A stretch of DNA of 64,000 nucleotides from Scyliorhinus canicula (GCF_902713615.1 NC_052156.1:109111858-109175857), one strand, 5' to 3'; shown: positions 37,571 to 49,839, counted from the stretch's first letter. Numbers and translations are program-made. The notes: generated by a model from the letters alone, not told the origin.

Positions 37571-38024
37571 CCATTTTTTTACTTTTATGCAGTCTTTTGG
37601 CTTGGACCTCTCTGCTTATCTATACCCCATTCATCCCATTTGTTCATGGGATGTGGGCATTGCTGGCATTTGTTGCGGTTATGAAACAACCACATTGATG
37701 TGGGTCAGGTGTCATTATGTAGACCAGATATGGTTAGGGCAGCAGATTTCCTTCCCTAAAGGATATTAACGAATCAGATCGGATTTTATAACAACCATGA
37801 TTACCGTCACAGACTAACTTTCAATTCCAGATTTTATTAATTAAATTTAAATTCCATGAACTGCACAGGGATTTAAATTGTGTTCCCAGAGCATGAGCCT
37901 AGACCTCTGGATTAGTAATCCGTGACATTGTCACTAAGCCATCACCTACCCACTCACTACACTGCTCTATTGTCTCACCCTTTCCAGATTTTTAAATCTC
38001 CCTTCATCTGATCCCCCACCCCCT

Positions 38025-38770
38025 CTTAGTTTAAAGCCTGTTCCATATCCCTAGCTTTATGATTCACTAGGGCACAGCCTGTTTAAGTGGAACCGATACC
38101 AACAACCACCTCCCTTTTCCCCAACACTGACACTGTGACCCATGAATTGAAACCCCTTCTTCCTACATCTCTCATTCAGCCATGCGTTTAAGTATCTAAT
38201 CTACTTGACCCTATGCAAATTGGCTGGTGGCTCAGGTAACAATCTGAGGCACTATTACCGTTGAAGACTGCTTTAATTTGGACCCAAGCTCTTTATACTC
38301 TCTCATTACAACATGATTCCTGGTTTCTCCATGACCAAAATAATTGGATCCTCCCCCTTCCACTAAGTTTGCTTCCAGTCAGAAGGCAATATCTTTAACC
38401 CTGGCAGCGGGTAGGGAACACACCTTCCAGAATTCCCGGTCATGACAGCAGAGAAATAAAGAATCTATCCCCTTGAATGCACTGTCCCCTGTCACTGCCA
38501 CATTCCTTTAGAGTCCCCTTACTTGAATGGCTTCCTGAACCATGGTGATTTGACCAATTTGCTTATCCACAGTCCTTGCTGTGATCCACAAGTATGGCAA
38601 GTGCCCCATAACTCCCTCCTTCCCACATGCTTCACAGTGTCTGCAGCTTATACTCGAGTTCAACACCTGAGGCAAAATTGCTCGAGCTGCAGACATGGTG
38701 GTATGGGATTGTTATTCTCTCCACAAGCTGCCAGATGGTGTGCCACCTGTCCTGCCATGTCTGACTAAAC
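38025..38770 (-). mobile_element. CR1 ORF1 remnant (SGNH/GDSL esterase-like)
   Basis: The minus strand at about 38400-38500 reads AVTGDSAFKGIDS...VCSLPAARV, resembling the GDS..RG.D...VCCLPGARV motif of CR1 ORF1 esterases; CxxC just upstream. Confidence 0.6.
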
Positions 38771-39254
38771 GTATTTATTTGATTAGTTAATTGGTTACTA
38801 ATTTAATAAAGTAATAGCAAGTTGCAGTCCTCTGCTAAAAAGCAAGACCTGTTACTGAAGCTTTTCGTCTTGCGCTCAAAGGAATCAGCAGCATAGCTCT
38901 CTTTTCAGAAGGAATCAAGTTCTGTATCACCAAGCAACAGTCTCCTAGTTTGGAGGCCAAAGAAAAACACTCGCTAGCTAATGGAAATGAAACAAAAGAA
39001 TAAAGATCAGCACAGCCTGCCCCCTCTACACCAAGTTCCCCACTTTGGCAGATTGTTTACAAAGTACTCAGGAGGAGGAAAGAATGGTAGAGGCACCAAG
39101 AGGTTTAGGGTGGGTATTCTAAAGCTTAGAACCGTGACTTCTAGACTGGTGCAGGGAAGACGCAGTGGTGAAAATATTAACATCGGGGATGTTCAAGAGG
39201 CCAGGATTAAAGTCACATATATATCTCAGCGGGTTGTGGGGTTGGAGGTTTTTT

Positions 39255-39862
39255 TAAATTCATCTTACAGGCTGTGGTTGTTGTTGGCTAGACCAGCACA
39301 TATTGCCCATACCTAGTTGTCCTTAAGCTGTCTTGAACCACTGCAGTTCCTGAAGTCTAAGTTGTTAGTGAGGGAATTCCAGGATTTTGACCCAGCAACA
39401 ATGAAGGAATGGCGATGTATTTCCAAGTCAGGACAGGACAGTGAGTGATTTGGAAGAGAACCTCCAGGTGGTGGTGTTCCCAGGTAGAGGCTGCCCTTGT
39501 GATTCTAGATGGTCGTGGTCATGGGTTTGCGTCGCCTCAGGAGCCTTGGTGAGTTCCTGCAGTGCACACTTCTTCCACTGTTCGTCGGTTTGTGGAAGAA
39601 GTAGCAGTCAAGAGGACTGATTTGTCCTGGATGGTGTCGAGCTACTTGAGTGTTGTTGGAGCTGCACTCACCAATGAAGTGGAGAGTATTCGATTGCACT
39701 CCTGATTTGCACCTTGTTGGTGGCGGACAGTCTTTTGGGAGCTTGGGGTGAGTCACTGTCCATATGATTCCCAGCCTTTGACCCAAAGGATATTGATAAG
39801 TGGGGGATTCAGCAATGGTAATGCCATTGACTGTCAAGGATGGTTAAATTCTCTCATGTTAG
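39255..39862 (-). mobile_element. CR1/L2-group LINE 3' fragment (family of 60305-61490)
   Basis: TVNGITIAESP; gctgcactca and tgtcctggatggtgtcgagc shared with 60726-60772. Confidence 0.7.
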
Positions 39863-40427
39863 AAGTAAAGATCAGTGAGCACAGAGTTACAGGTGCAAAT
39901 TAGTATACAGTAGCAGAGATTCAAAATGATGGAAGATATAATTTGGGGGCTGGCCGAAAGTATGTTGAATAGTTAACTTTAGAGGTAACAAAGGCGGGTT
40001 CAACACCAGAAAAGTTGAGGCAGGGATGGAGTTTCACAATGTTATTAAAGTCAAAATGGACATTCTTCGTGACGGTGTGGATATGTGGTTGAAAGCTCAC
40101 CTTGGTGTGAGAAGCGTCATCGAGATTGTGAATGGTCTGTTTTTGCCTCGGACATTTGTCAGGAAGAGAGTGGGAGTCGAGGCGCAGGAGTGAAGTTTGT
40201 AGCAGGTCCACAAACAATGGTTTCAATCTTCCCAATATTTAACTGGTATTTTTTTTAGCCCATCCAGTAACCAGATGTTGGACAAGCAATCTTATAGTTT
40301 CGAGGTGGTTGGAGGGGTTGAGAGAAGTGGTGTTGTTGTTCCACTGGCACAGATGAAGTTTTTAATAACATTGTGCAATGTTCCGCTGAACCAGCTCAGG
40401 GCCATATAACATTGCTTTGTTTTTCAG

Positions 40428-40491
40428 ATTGATGATGCTGATGCTGTTGAGGATATTCACTCATTGTTGACAGACACGCCCACACCAGCTG
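40428..40491 (+). CDS. C2CD5: C2CD5 coding exon (phase 0 to 1)
   Basis: ttttcag|ATT...G|gtaagg; IDDADAVEDIHSLLTDTPTPA. Confidence 0.95.
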
Positions 40492-40739
40492 GTAAGGCCA
40501 CAAGAAGATACTAATGTAATGGATTATTTAACATTGTTTTTTAAAAAACAAAAACCTCTCTTTATCATTTTCTGATTTCTGTACCATTTCATAATATTTT
40601 TATTTCAACATGGACAGAAATTGAAGGCCAGTTGAATGTCCCAGATGTAGCATGAAAGTTCTCTGTCTCTGCTGAGCTTTCTGTTAATTAGATTTGTACT
40701 TGGTGTTCCTGACTCATGTGATTTATTTGATGTTGACAG

Positions 40740-40801
40740 GCTTTTACAGTTGTAATACAGAGATTATGCCAGGCATCAACAATTGGACCTCTGATTTACA
40801 G
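40740..40801 (+). CDS. C2CD5: C2CD5 coding exon (phase 1 to 0)
   Basis: cag|GC...CAG|gtaagc; GFYSCNTEIMPGINNWTSDLQ. Confidence 0.96.
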
Positions 40802-42244
40802 GTAAGCCTGGGTAGCGTTTGTAAAACAAAGTCGTTGCAAAATTAAATTGTTTGCTGCTCCACTGCTGTGCGCCCGTGATACGGGTGCCAGAGGCTTCTT
40901 TCTGGCCATGTTTTTAATGATGTACATGTTTGATGGACTACCAACCACTGTCTTAATGTGACAGCTGATTATCAGCTTCGGACTGGCAATTAACATTTGG
41001 CATTGAGAGTTCCCACCCTAGTTTGCTGCACAGTTTCAGCTCAAGTCATTTATATGTAGAAGTTGAATGGTTCAGCAAAATAGCAGGATACGTTATGTTC
41101 CACAGAATGGAAGTGAGGCTCAACCTCCACATGTAAACTGCATCTGCATCTTGATTCTTAATTTGGCCAAAGCTGTTTTGCTGTGTGCAGTTTCCTTCTT
41201 GTGCCAAACTCTCCATTTAGTTGATTGCATCTTTAGTTGTACATGGAAACTGAGGTTTGTTCAGACTGCAAATTATCTAACATTCGGACACAATATGGCA
41301 ATTCTGAAGATTTCTATATCTTAGGTTGGTGACATTAAATGATCAATTGTTTTAATGACATTAAATAATCGATTGTTTTAGAACTCCAGTGCAAAATAAT
41401 AGGTGGGATATCTTGAACATTAAGCTTACAGGTGTACATTATGAATAAGAATCCCAAGAATGAGGCTTTGGGACATGATGGCCTTTTTGTTTTGAAATAT
41501 TGGTAATTCCGTAATTGCAGATACTATAAAGGGAGTAGTCAAGTATCAATCCTTGAAGGAAAATGCCCATTGCAACTGTCCTTGAATTGGCGGAGCATGT
41601 TAGTGAGGTAAATAAAAGCCAACAGAGTGTACCGTACAGCTAAAAAATTAATTTTTGTCAACAATTATGAGTTTTTATGCATTTGAGTGGCAGGTAACCA
41701 GCTAAATCCAACTGTGGTCTGCATACACCATACAGTGGATGGATGTTTAAAAAAAGATTTTAATACTGCACTAGAATTTTTTGTTTCAACAATGCATCAC
41801 TGTCGGTCTGACTGACTGACACTTGTAAGGTTAATCATGGGCTGGCTTTTGCATGCCCTTGTGGGCATGTTTTTGGTAGGGAAGCGCGTAAAATAGGGTG
41901 GGTGCAAACCCCACCACCTTTCTGCGCACCCCTTAGGTCACCCTCACAATATGGCATATTTAAATAAATAATTATGGGTCAATTGAGTTTGTTACCGATC
42001 TGATTGACCAATAGCCACAAGGGGGTAGGGGGTGCCCAGAGGTCCCACAGCAGGCTATTGCAGCGCGCTGCAGCTGGAAGGTGGGCTGGCTTGGAGGGAC
42101 TGGGCTCCATGCCAACTATGTTTCCCAGATGATGAACCATCCGTCCACACCTACCATAATATGTTGCCCCGTATCTTTTTTCCCCTTCCTATTGAAGATA
42201 TTTAACTCCCACCTACTGTTCGGGCTCACTTTAGAACGGTAAAA

Positions 42245-42957
42245 TCATAGAAATCCCATAGTGCAGAAAGAGGCCAGTCAGCCCATCAATTCTACATTGA
42301 CAATCTGAAAGATCATCCTACCTAGGCTGACTCTCCCGCCTATCCCCGTCATCCCACTTGACCTGCAGGTCTTTGGAAACTTAGGGCAATTTAGAATCAC
42401 AGAATCCTTACCGTGCAGGAGGCCATTTAGCCCATTGAATCTGTACCGACCCTTCGAAAGACCACCCTCCCCAAGCCCAATCCCCCGCCTTATTGCTGCA
42501 ACCCCACCCTAAGGGGTGATTTAAAATGACCAATTCACCTAACCTGCACTTGGGGGAGGAAACTACCTGGAGGAAACCCATGTAGACACAGGGAGAATGG
42601 GCAAATTCCACACAGACAGTCACCCAAGGCCAGAATTAAAGCCAGGTCCCTGGCGCTGTGAGGCAATCATGCTAACCACTGTGCCACCCATGCTGCCCCG
42701 TTTAGTTCCTTAGATCCTGTCTGACTACATTGCTTTTTTTAAAATTTAGAGTATCCAATTCATTTTTTCCAACAAAGGGGCAATTTAGCATGGCCAATCC
42801 ACCTACCCTGCACATCTTGGGGTTGTGAGGACAAAACCCACGCAAACACGGGGAGAATGTGGAAACTGCACACGCACAGTTATCCAGGGCCGGGATCGAA
42901 CCTCAGACCATGGCGCCGTGAGGCAGCAGTGCTAACCACTGTGCCACCGTGCTTCCC
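42245..42957 (-). mobile_element. Cluster of three V-SINEs (partial HE1, HE1, short A-tailed form)
   Basis: Tails start at about 42245, 42397 and 42735; the third copy is flanked by the 12-bp TSD TCTGACTACATT (42720-42731 and 42959-42970). Confidence 0.87.
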
Positions 42958-43687
42958 ATCTGACTACATTCCTGAATAAGAAAAAATATATACTTTTTAA
43001 AACAATTAATATAAAATTGCTGAACGGTGCATCAAAATATTTTGAAGCTGCAGTAAATTTATGGAAGTACAAAGTAGCATGTGAACAGAAATGTTGTGAA
43101 CTCAAAAATGGTTCTCTTGTATTATGCCATTTGAAGTCATTTTCTTTTAATAACTAGATTATTGTTTGTTTGAAGTAAACAATGCTGTGCATTTAGACTA
43201 TGAAAGGACACAAGCAGGCCATTTATCTGCATGCAGTGCTGTTGAAATAAAGCAGAATTTTTATAACCCTCCCCGCTACCTACGCATGCAGTTCTGACAT
43301 TTTATGTTTTGTAACAGTGTTTTTTTGCTTTTCAGAGTGTGGCAGAAATCAGATCAACTTGTAGTCGCAATGCTTGTTTTGCAATTCCATCAATACTTGC
43401 CAAATTCTTGTGTATAAAAATAGCCACTCAGTATTTGTATTTTTCCACAATTATTATTTCAAGTGGTCCTTAGGAATGGGAGTTGTACATTTCAGGAGTG
43501 CATTTCAAACAGTGATATTTGAGGGCACAGTATTTATGAACACAACGAGCATAAGAGTGGGTAATTTAGAAAATGACCAGTCACGGCCTGAACAATTATT
43601 ATTTATAATTTTGTATTCCTAACCCCCAATTAAATGTGCCAGTTATTGTGACTAACTTGTGCTTTCCCCATTCCTTTTCCTTTTCAG

Positions 43688-43789
43688 ATGTTCACTACAG
43701 TGAGAGTGTTCCGGTTAAACAATGTCACTGGTCTCACATCACATGGGCTCAATAAAGCTTTTAGTGATCTTTGTGAAAATCTATTGAAG
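43688..43789 (+). CDS. C2CD5: C2CD5 coding exon (phase 0 to 0)
   Basis: ttttcag|ATG...AAG|gtaaga; MFTTVRVFRLNNVTGLTSHGLNKAFSDLCENLLK. Confidence 0.95.
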
Positions 43790-43904
43790 GTAAGAGGCTG
43801 AAAATAATGAGGGGAAAACAACATCAGCTATAATTTATACCATGTAGTGACTTTGACATTGAACGCTTTGAGGCATTTTTCACGAGATGTGAGAACAAAA
43901 CACT

Positions 43905-44586
43905 TGTGACGATTTGAAGATGTTAGGAAAATTGGATTATAAGTGTAGTGGCAATTTAAGGGTTAAAAGCTTGGGGTTAGTATGTGTTTGTTTAAAAAAG
44001 GGTTCTGTTCTGCAGGACCTGGGTGGTTTTAGCAACCAGCAGGTGAAATTGACAGAGGCATTTGTTATTCTGATTGGGCTAATGCATAGTGGTTTGCCTG
44101 AGGAAGTCCCTGGGGAGTTAAATGTGCTTTGCTGCCTGCAGCGATAAATTTTTCAGCTTGGGGAGATTAGGTTCATTCTGGGTGGAGCCCAGCAAGTCAG
44201 AGAGACAGTTTTCTGAAAGCATTAGAGAGGGAGTTGGTGGAGAAACTTTGGAGAGAGGAGTTGCCTTCTGATCTGCCTGAGGAGTCTACAATTCCCCCAT
44301 AGTAAGATAGATTGAGATCTGTAAGTTCATTTCCTTGTTTAATGGGAAATTGAGTATTTGTCTTTACAGTGTAAATTGTAAGCTGTTCTTTTTGGGTGTG
44401 AAATTAAAATGTTTGCTGTTGTAATTATAATAAAGTTTTATTTTAAAAATAACCAAGCCTTATTTCTTCATGCAATCACGCCTGGAGTGAATAATTCTTT
44501 CCGCTCAGTCTTTCAAATAAGCTAAAATATTTGGGTTTTGGACCAGTACCTTCGCCACTGGTGGTGTCTGGCCTGGGATTGTAATA
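43905..44586 (+). mobile_element. Solo LTR (Gypsy-like)
   Basis: Starts TGTGACGA and ends TTGTAATA (decayed inverted end); 4-bp TSD CACT at 43901-43904 and 44587-44590; AATAAA near 44429. Confidence 0.72.
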
Positions 44587-45199
44587 CACTGAAAACTATT
44601 TTGCTGCTATTTGGATCAGTAGATACCCCTTGCTATCTCTGTAACCATCTTCCGCTCTACAATTTTCTCTGAACTTGCATTCCTTCAATTCTGGCCTCAT
44701 GTATGTTCCTCCCTCTCTTCTCCCCACTATTGGTAGCTGTGTCTTCAACCCAAGCTCTGAAATGCTCTTCCGAAGTCGCTACACCTCTCTTACTTTATAA
44801 GACCCTCCTTACAATCTACCTTTTTGTCCGTGCTTTCAATCACCTCATCTAAAATCCATTCCTTTGGCTTCAGTGTCTCTATTTGCCAGCTTGTGTCCTC
44901 AGTGAAGCTCTTTGGCGTATTTATCTCCATTAAAGGTGCTGTATAAATGCAAGCTTTTACATTAACTTGCATATTCAGTGGGGAGAATATAAACATTATT
45001 GCAGAATTACTCTTCCAAGTAACACTGGGTCTTTTTTTGTTTTCATTTGGATAAGTAGTATTCAATTCTGATATCTTTAGTAATTAAATTATTAAAATGA
45101 GGAAATTCCAAGTGCAGAAAGAAAATATAGTACATGCTATGCATGATCTACTGGATTCCTTATGATTGCTTCAGTAATGTGGGGTTGGATGAAGGAGGT

Positions 45200-46372
45200 T
45201 AATTCTTTCATGGTAAGGCCACATTGGGCGGTATGTTGGTGTACAAGTTGAACAGGGTTGGAACTCGGACAGAACCCTGGGGTGGCCACATTCGCCAGTT
45301 CCAAAAAGCACCCTGAGCCATTAGTCTCAGCGCAGTCACAGCGTAGGGGGGAGAGGAGAGAACAGCAGAGATATTTGGGCCATTTTGGGTCTTTGCCAGG
45401 TTTTGGGTGACCAATAACTTTACGCACGCCCCAGGATTTTGGCTGCCTTCTCTTCCATATGGCTGTTGTAAAGAATTGGGCCAGCCAGGACCTGGACCGT
45501 GGGCCAATGTGCCAAAGGGGAGATGGTCTCATAACCAGCAGTAGTACTTAGTGATAGTTTGTCATACCTTGTCCAACTCCAGGGTGGTAAAGGGTCCCAA
45601 TCTAGAGTCGTGCTGCCTATGGAAAGATCTCCACACACTCCAGGTTTGTTTCTTCACCCTTTTCTTCCAGCGGTGCTCTTCCCATGTGAACAAAGAACAA
45701 ACAAATAACAAATAAAATTACAGCACAGGAACAAGCCCTTCGGCCCTCCAAGCATGTGCCAATCATGGTTCCCTAACTTAAAAAATACCTTCTGCCCGTA
45801 CTCGGTCCATATCCCTCTATTTCCTCCTGATTCATGTACCATCGAGGTGCCTCTTAAATTTGCTTATGAGCCGGCTTCTACCACATCCTCTGCAACGGGT
45901 TCCAGGCACCCACCACTCTGGAAGATGGCTGACTACCTAATTGACATTAACAGATGGGCAGCTTGGCATTAATAGTTACTGGGCTGCTCCAAGGTGGGGT
46001 AGAAATCTCCAACATTTCTGACTTGAGTGAGTGATGTCCAGGTTCTTTGTTACCTCTTCCCATCTTGCCCAGTGAGTACAATCCATCCAATTGGATGGTT
46101 TGCCATAATAAAAGCAAAAAACTGAGAGTGCTGGAAATCTGAAATAAAAACAGAAAATGCTGGGGGGGGGGGAAACTGGAGAGAAAAACAGAATTAACGT
46201 CGAGTCTGATATCGCTTCTTCAGATAGTTTGCCATGTCGGATCTCTGGAAAAGTCAGGGAAGCAGACACCTCTTCCAGGCAAGGTATATACACAGGACAA
46301 TATCCCCTTGGAATGGTTCTGGTGGCTGGTTTATAGATGGATCTGCAGAAGTGACTGTATTCCAGTTCTAGA
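45200..46372 (-). mobile_element. Decayed LINE fragments, Ingi/Vingi-like, with small CR1 (about 45690-45920) and Penelope-like (about 46105-46235) inserts
   Basis: PQGSVRVPTLFNLYTNIP and IPRGYCPVYIPCL; continues after the DNA transposon as RWNLRKDNWEEY (49518-49800). Confidence 0.55.
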
Positions 46373-46374
46373 TA

Positions 46375-49300
46375 CAGTAGTCCCCCGTTATACCGCGCTC
46401 CGCAATACCGCGGTTCGCGATATACCGCGGGGGGGCTGATGGACCCCAACTGTCAGTTGTGTCAATTTCAGCGGCCGGCTCCGGAGAGGGAAGCTGCTCT
46501 CACTGAAATAATCAGCCCGCCGCTGAAATTGACACTGCCCGCTGCTCTCTCCCTCCAATCCAACTTTTAAGTTTTAATGTTTCTGATTGGAGGGAGAGAG
46601 CAGCCGGCAGTGTCAATTTCAGCGGCCAGCTGATTGTTTCAGTGGGAGAGCAGTTTCCCTCTCCGGATCAAAGTGAGCCGTCCGCTGAAATTGACACTGC
46701 CCGCTGCTCTCTCCCTCCAATCAGAAACATTAAAACTTAAAAGTTGGATTGGAGGGAGAGAGCAGCGGGCAGTGTCAATTTCAGCGGCCGGCTCACTTTG
46801 ATCCAGAGAGGGAAGCTGCTCTCACTGAAACAATCAGCTGGCCGCTGAAATTGACACTGCCGAGGGGGGGGCGGGTGTTGGGGGGGGGGGGGGGGGGGAA
46901 GGGGGGGGGGGGCGGGTGTTGTGGGGGGGAGAAGGGAGGGGGCGGGTGTTGGGGGGGGGGGGAGAAGGGAGGGGGGGGGAGAAGGGAGGGGGGGGAGAAG
47001 GAGGGGGGGAGGGGGGGGGGAGAAGGGAGGGGGGGAGAAGGGAGGGGGGGAGAAGGGAGGGGGGGGAGAAGGGGGGGGGGAGAAGGGAGGGGGGGGGGAG
47101 AAGGGAGGGGGGAGGAGAAGGGAGGGGGGGAGAGAAGGGAGGGGGGAGAGAAGGGAGGGGGGAGAGAAGGGAGGGGGGGGAGAAGGGGGGGGGGGGAGAA
47201 GGGAGGGGGGGGAGAAGGGAGGGGGGGGAGAGGGGAGGGGGGGAGAAGGGGAGGGGGGGAGAAGGGATGGGGGGGGAGAAGGGAGGGGGCGGGGTGTTGG
47301 GGGGGGAGAAGGGAGGGGGCGGGTGTTGGGGGGGGAGAAGGAGGGGGGGGGTGTTGGGGGGGGAGGAAGGGAGGGGGGGGGTGTTGGGGGGGGGGGAGGA
47401 AGGGAGGGGGAGGGTGTTGGGGGGGAGGAGCAGGGAGGGGGGGAGAAGGGAGGGGGGAGGAAGGGAGGGGGGGAGAGAAGGGAGGGGGGGAGAAGGGAGG
47501 GGGGGGAGAAGGGAGGGGGGGAGAAGGGAGGGGGGGAGAAGAAGGGAGGGGCGGGTGTTGGGGGGGAGAAGGGAGGGGGCGGGTGTTGGGGGGGGAGAAG
47601 GGAGGGGGGGGTGTTGGGGTGGGGGGGAGAAGGAGGGGGCGGGTGTTGGGGGGGGAGAAGGGAGGGGGAGGGTGTTGGGGGGGGGGGAGAGAAGGAGGGG
47701 GGGGTGTGGGGGGAGGAAGGGGGGAGAGGAGGGGGGTGGGGGGGGAGAGGGGGGGGCGGGTGTTGGGGGAGAGTAGGGGGGGGGGGGGGTTGGGGGGGAG
47801 GAGGGGGAGGGTGTTGGGGGGGAGAGGAGGGGGGCGGGTTGGGGGGGAGGAGGGGGGGGTGTTGGGGGGGGTGGGTGTTGGGGGGGTGTTGGGGGGGGGG
47901 GGGGGCGGGGTTGGGGGGAGGGAGGAGGGGGGGGGGTGTTGGGGGGGGAGAGGAGGGGAGGGGGGGTTGGGGGGGGAGGGAGGCGGGGGGGGGGGAGGGG
48001 AGGCGGGGGGGGGGGGGGAGGAGGGGGGGGGTGGGGGGGGGAGGGGGGGGCGGGTGTTGGGGGGGAGAGGAGGGGGGCGGGTGTTGGGGGGGAGAGAGAG
48101 GGGGGGGGGTGTTGGGGGGGGGAGAGGAGGGGGGGGGGGGGGGGGGAGAGAGGAGGGGGGCGGGTGTTGGGGGGGAGGAGGCGGGTGTTGGGGGGGGAGA
48201 GGGAGGGCGGGCGGGTGGTGGGGGGAGAGGAGGGGGGGCGGGGGTGTTGGGGGGGAGGAGGGGGGGCGGGTGTGTTGGGGGGGGGAGAGGAGGTGGGGAG
48301 AGGAGGGGGGGCGGGTGTTGGGGGGGGAGAAGAGGGGGGCGGGTGTTGGGGGGGGAGAGGAGGGGGGGCGGGTGTTGGGGGGAGAGGAGGGGGGGCGGGT
48401 GGTGGGGGGAGAGGGGGGGGGGCGGGGGTTGGGGGGGAGAGGAGGGGGGCGGGGGTGGGGGGGGGAGAGGAGGGAGGCGGGTGTTGGGGGGGAGGGGAGG
48501 CGGGTGTTGGGGGGAGAGGAGCGGCGGGTGTTGGGGGGAGAGGAGGGGGGGGGTGTTGTGGGGGGGAGAGGAGGGGGGGGGGGGTGGGGTGGGAGAGGAG
48601 GGGGGGGGGTGTGGGGGGGAGAGGAGGGGAGGGGGGTGTTGGGGGAGGGGAGGCGGGTGTTGGGGGGGGGAGAGGAGGGCGGCGGGTGTTGGGGGGAGAG
48701 GAGGGGGGGGGGTGGGGGGGAGAGGAGGGGGGGGGGGTGTTGGGGGAGAGGAGGGGGGCGGGTGTGGGGGGGGGAGAGGAGGGGGGCGGGTGTGGGGGGG
48801 GGAGAGGAGGGGGGGCGGGGTGTGGGGGGGGAGAGTAGGGGGGGGGGTGTGGGGGGACCCTCCCTGAGGGTGTGGGGGGGAACCCCCCCTGCGGTTGTGG
48901 GGAGGGAACCCCCCCCTGCGGGGGTGGGGGGGACCCCCCTGCGGGTGGGGGGGGAACCCCCCTGCGGGTGTGGGGGAGACCCCCTGCGGGGGCGAACGGA
49001 GGGTGTTGGGGGGGGGTAGAGGGGGCGAGCCGGAGGGTGTGGGGGGAGAGGGGTCTAGTTGGAGGATGTGGGGGGAGAGGGGGCAAGCGGAGGGAAAAAA
49101 AAAGAAATTGACACTGCGGCTGCTCTCTCCCTCCAATCAGAAACATTAAAACTTAAAAGTTGGATTGGAGGGAGGAGAGCAGCGGGCAGTGTCAATTTCA
49201 GCGGCCGGCTGATTGTTTCAGTGAGAGCAGCTTCCCTCTCCGGATCAAAGTGAGCGGCCGCTGAAATTTTAATTGGATCCACGATGGGGGTTTTAAATTT

Positions 49301-49515
49301 ATTTTAAAATCTATGCTAGCGCTTCCCATTGTGAGTCTACGGGGGTCTGACCTCTCCCCCCGCCCCCCCCCCCCCCCCCCCCCAGACTCACAATGGGAAG
49401 CGCTAGCATAGATTTTAAATAAATTTAAAACCCCCATCATGGATATCCGCGGCTCGGTTACAACGCGGGTGGGGGTCTTGGACCCCAACACCCGCGTTAT
49501 AAAGGGGGACTACTG
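46375..49515. mobile_element. Non-autonomous Tc1/mariner (pogo/Tigger-like) DNA transposon
   Basis: TIRs CAGTAGTCCCCCGTTATACCGCG and CGCGTTATAAAGGGGGACTACTG (21/23 match); TA at 46373-46374 and 49516-49517; no transposase. Confidence 0.88.
46862..49082 (+). repeat. 2.2-kb G-rich variant minisatellite (G-quadruplex prone)
   Basis: G-runs separated by agaa, agagga, cgggtgtt and aacccccctgc spacers. Confidence 0.95.
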
Positions 49516-49839
49516 TATTGTCATTGGAATACTTTGTTCCAATATCTTGCCATATTCCTCCCAGTTATCTTTTCGCAGGTTCCACCGCTGCTTCTTTGAG
49601 CTCGTGTTGATGGTTGTTAAGTCTATTGTGGATCAGAGATGTGTTGACTGTGTGGAAAGTTGGGTAGGACTTGACATAACACTGGAAATGAATGACTGTA
49701 TACTGAGCTGAATCAGGGGAGCAGTAACATTTCCACCCAGCAGAGGCGGAAGTTCCAGGCTGTACCGGGTTTCAGACTTGTTCATAGAGTCATAGAATCT
49801 GCAACTTCCTGTGACGGCCATGGTGTGAGTGGTCACACA

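Noticed and set aside
41330-41380. 26-bp imperfect tandem duplication
   Set aside because: It is an isolated slippage product with no supporting context.
43336-43473. Acceptor-like tttttgcttttcag upstream of exon 43688
   Set aside because: There is no convincing in-phase donor, and the translation does not resemble C2CD5.
46459-46857. Repeat-spacer-like pattern resembling a CRISPR array
   Set aside because: The intervening segments are themselves repeated and inverted, the context is a eukaryotic intron, and there are no cas genes.
46737-49146. Long Pro-rich and Gly-rich ORFs (up to 799 aa) on both strands
   Set aside because: They are artefacts of a G/C-rich tract that lacks stop codons in several frames at once. 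They lie inside a transposon within an intron and show no domain or splice structure.
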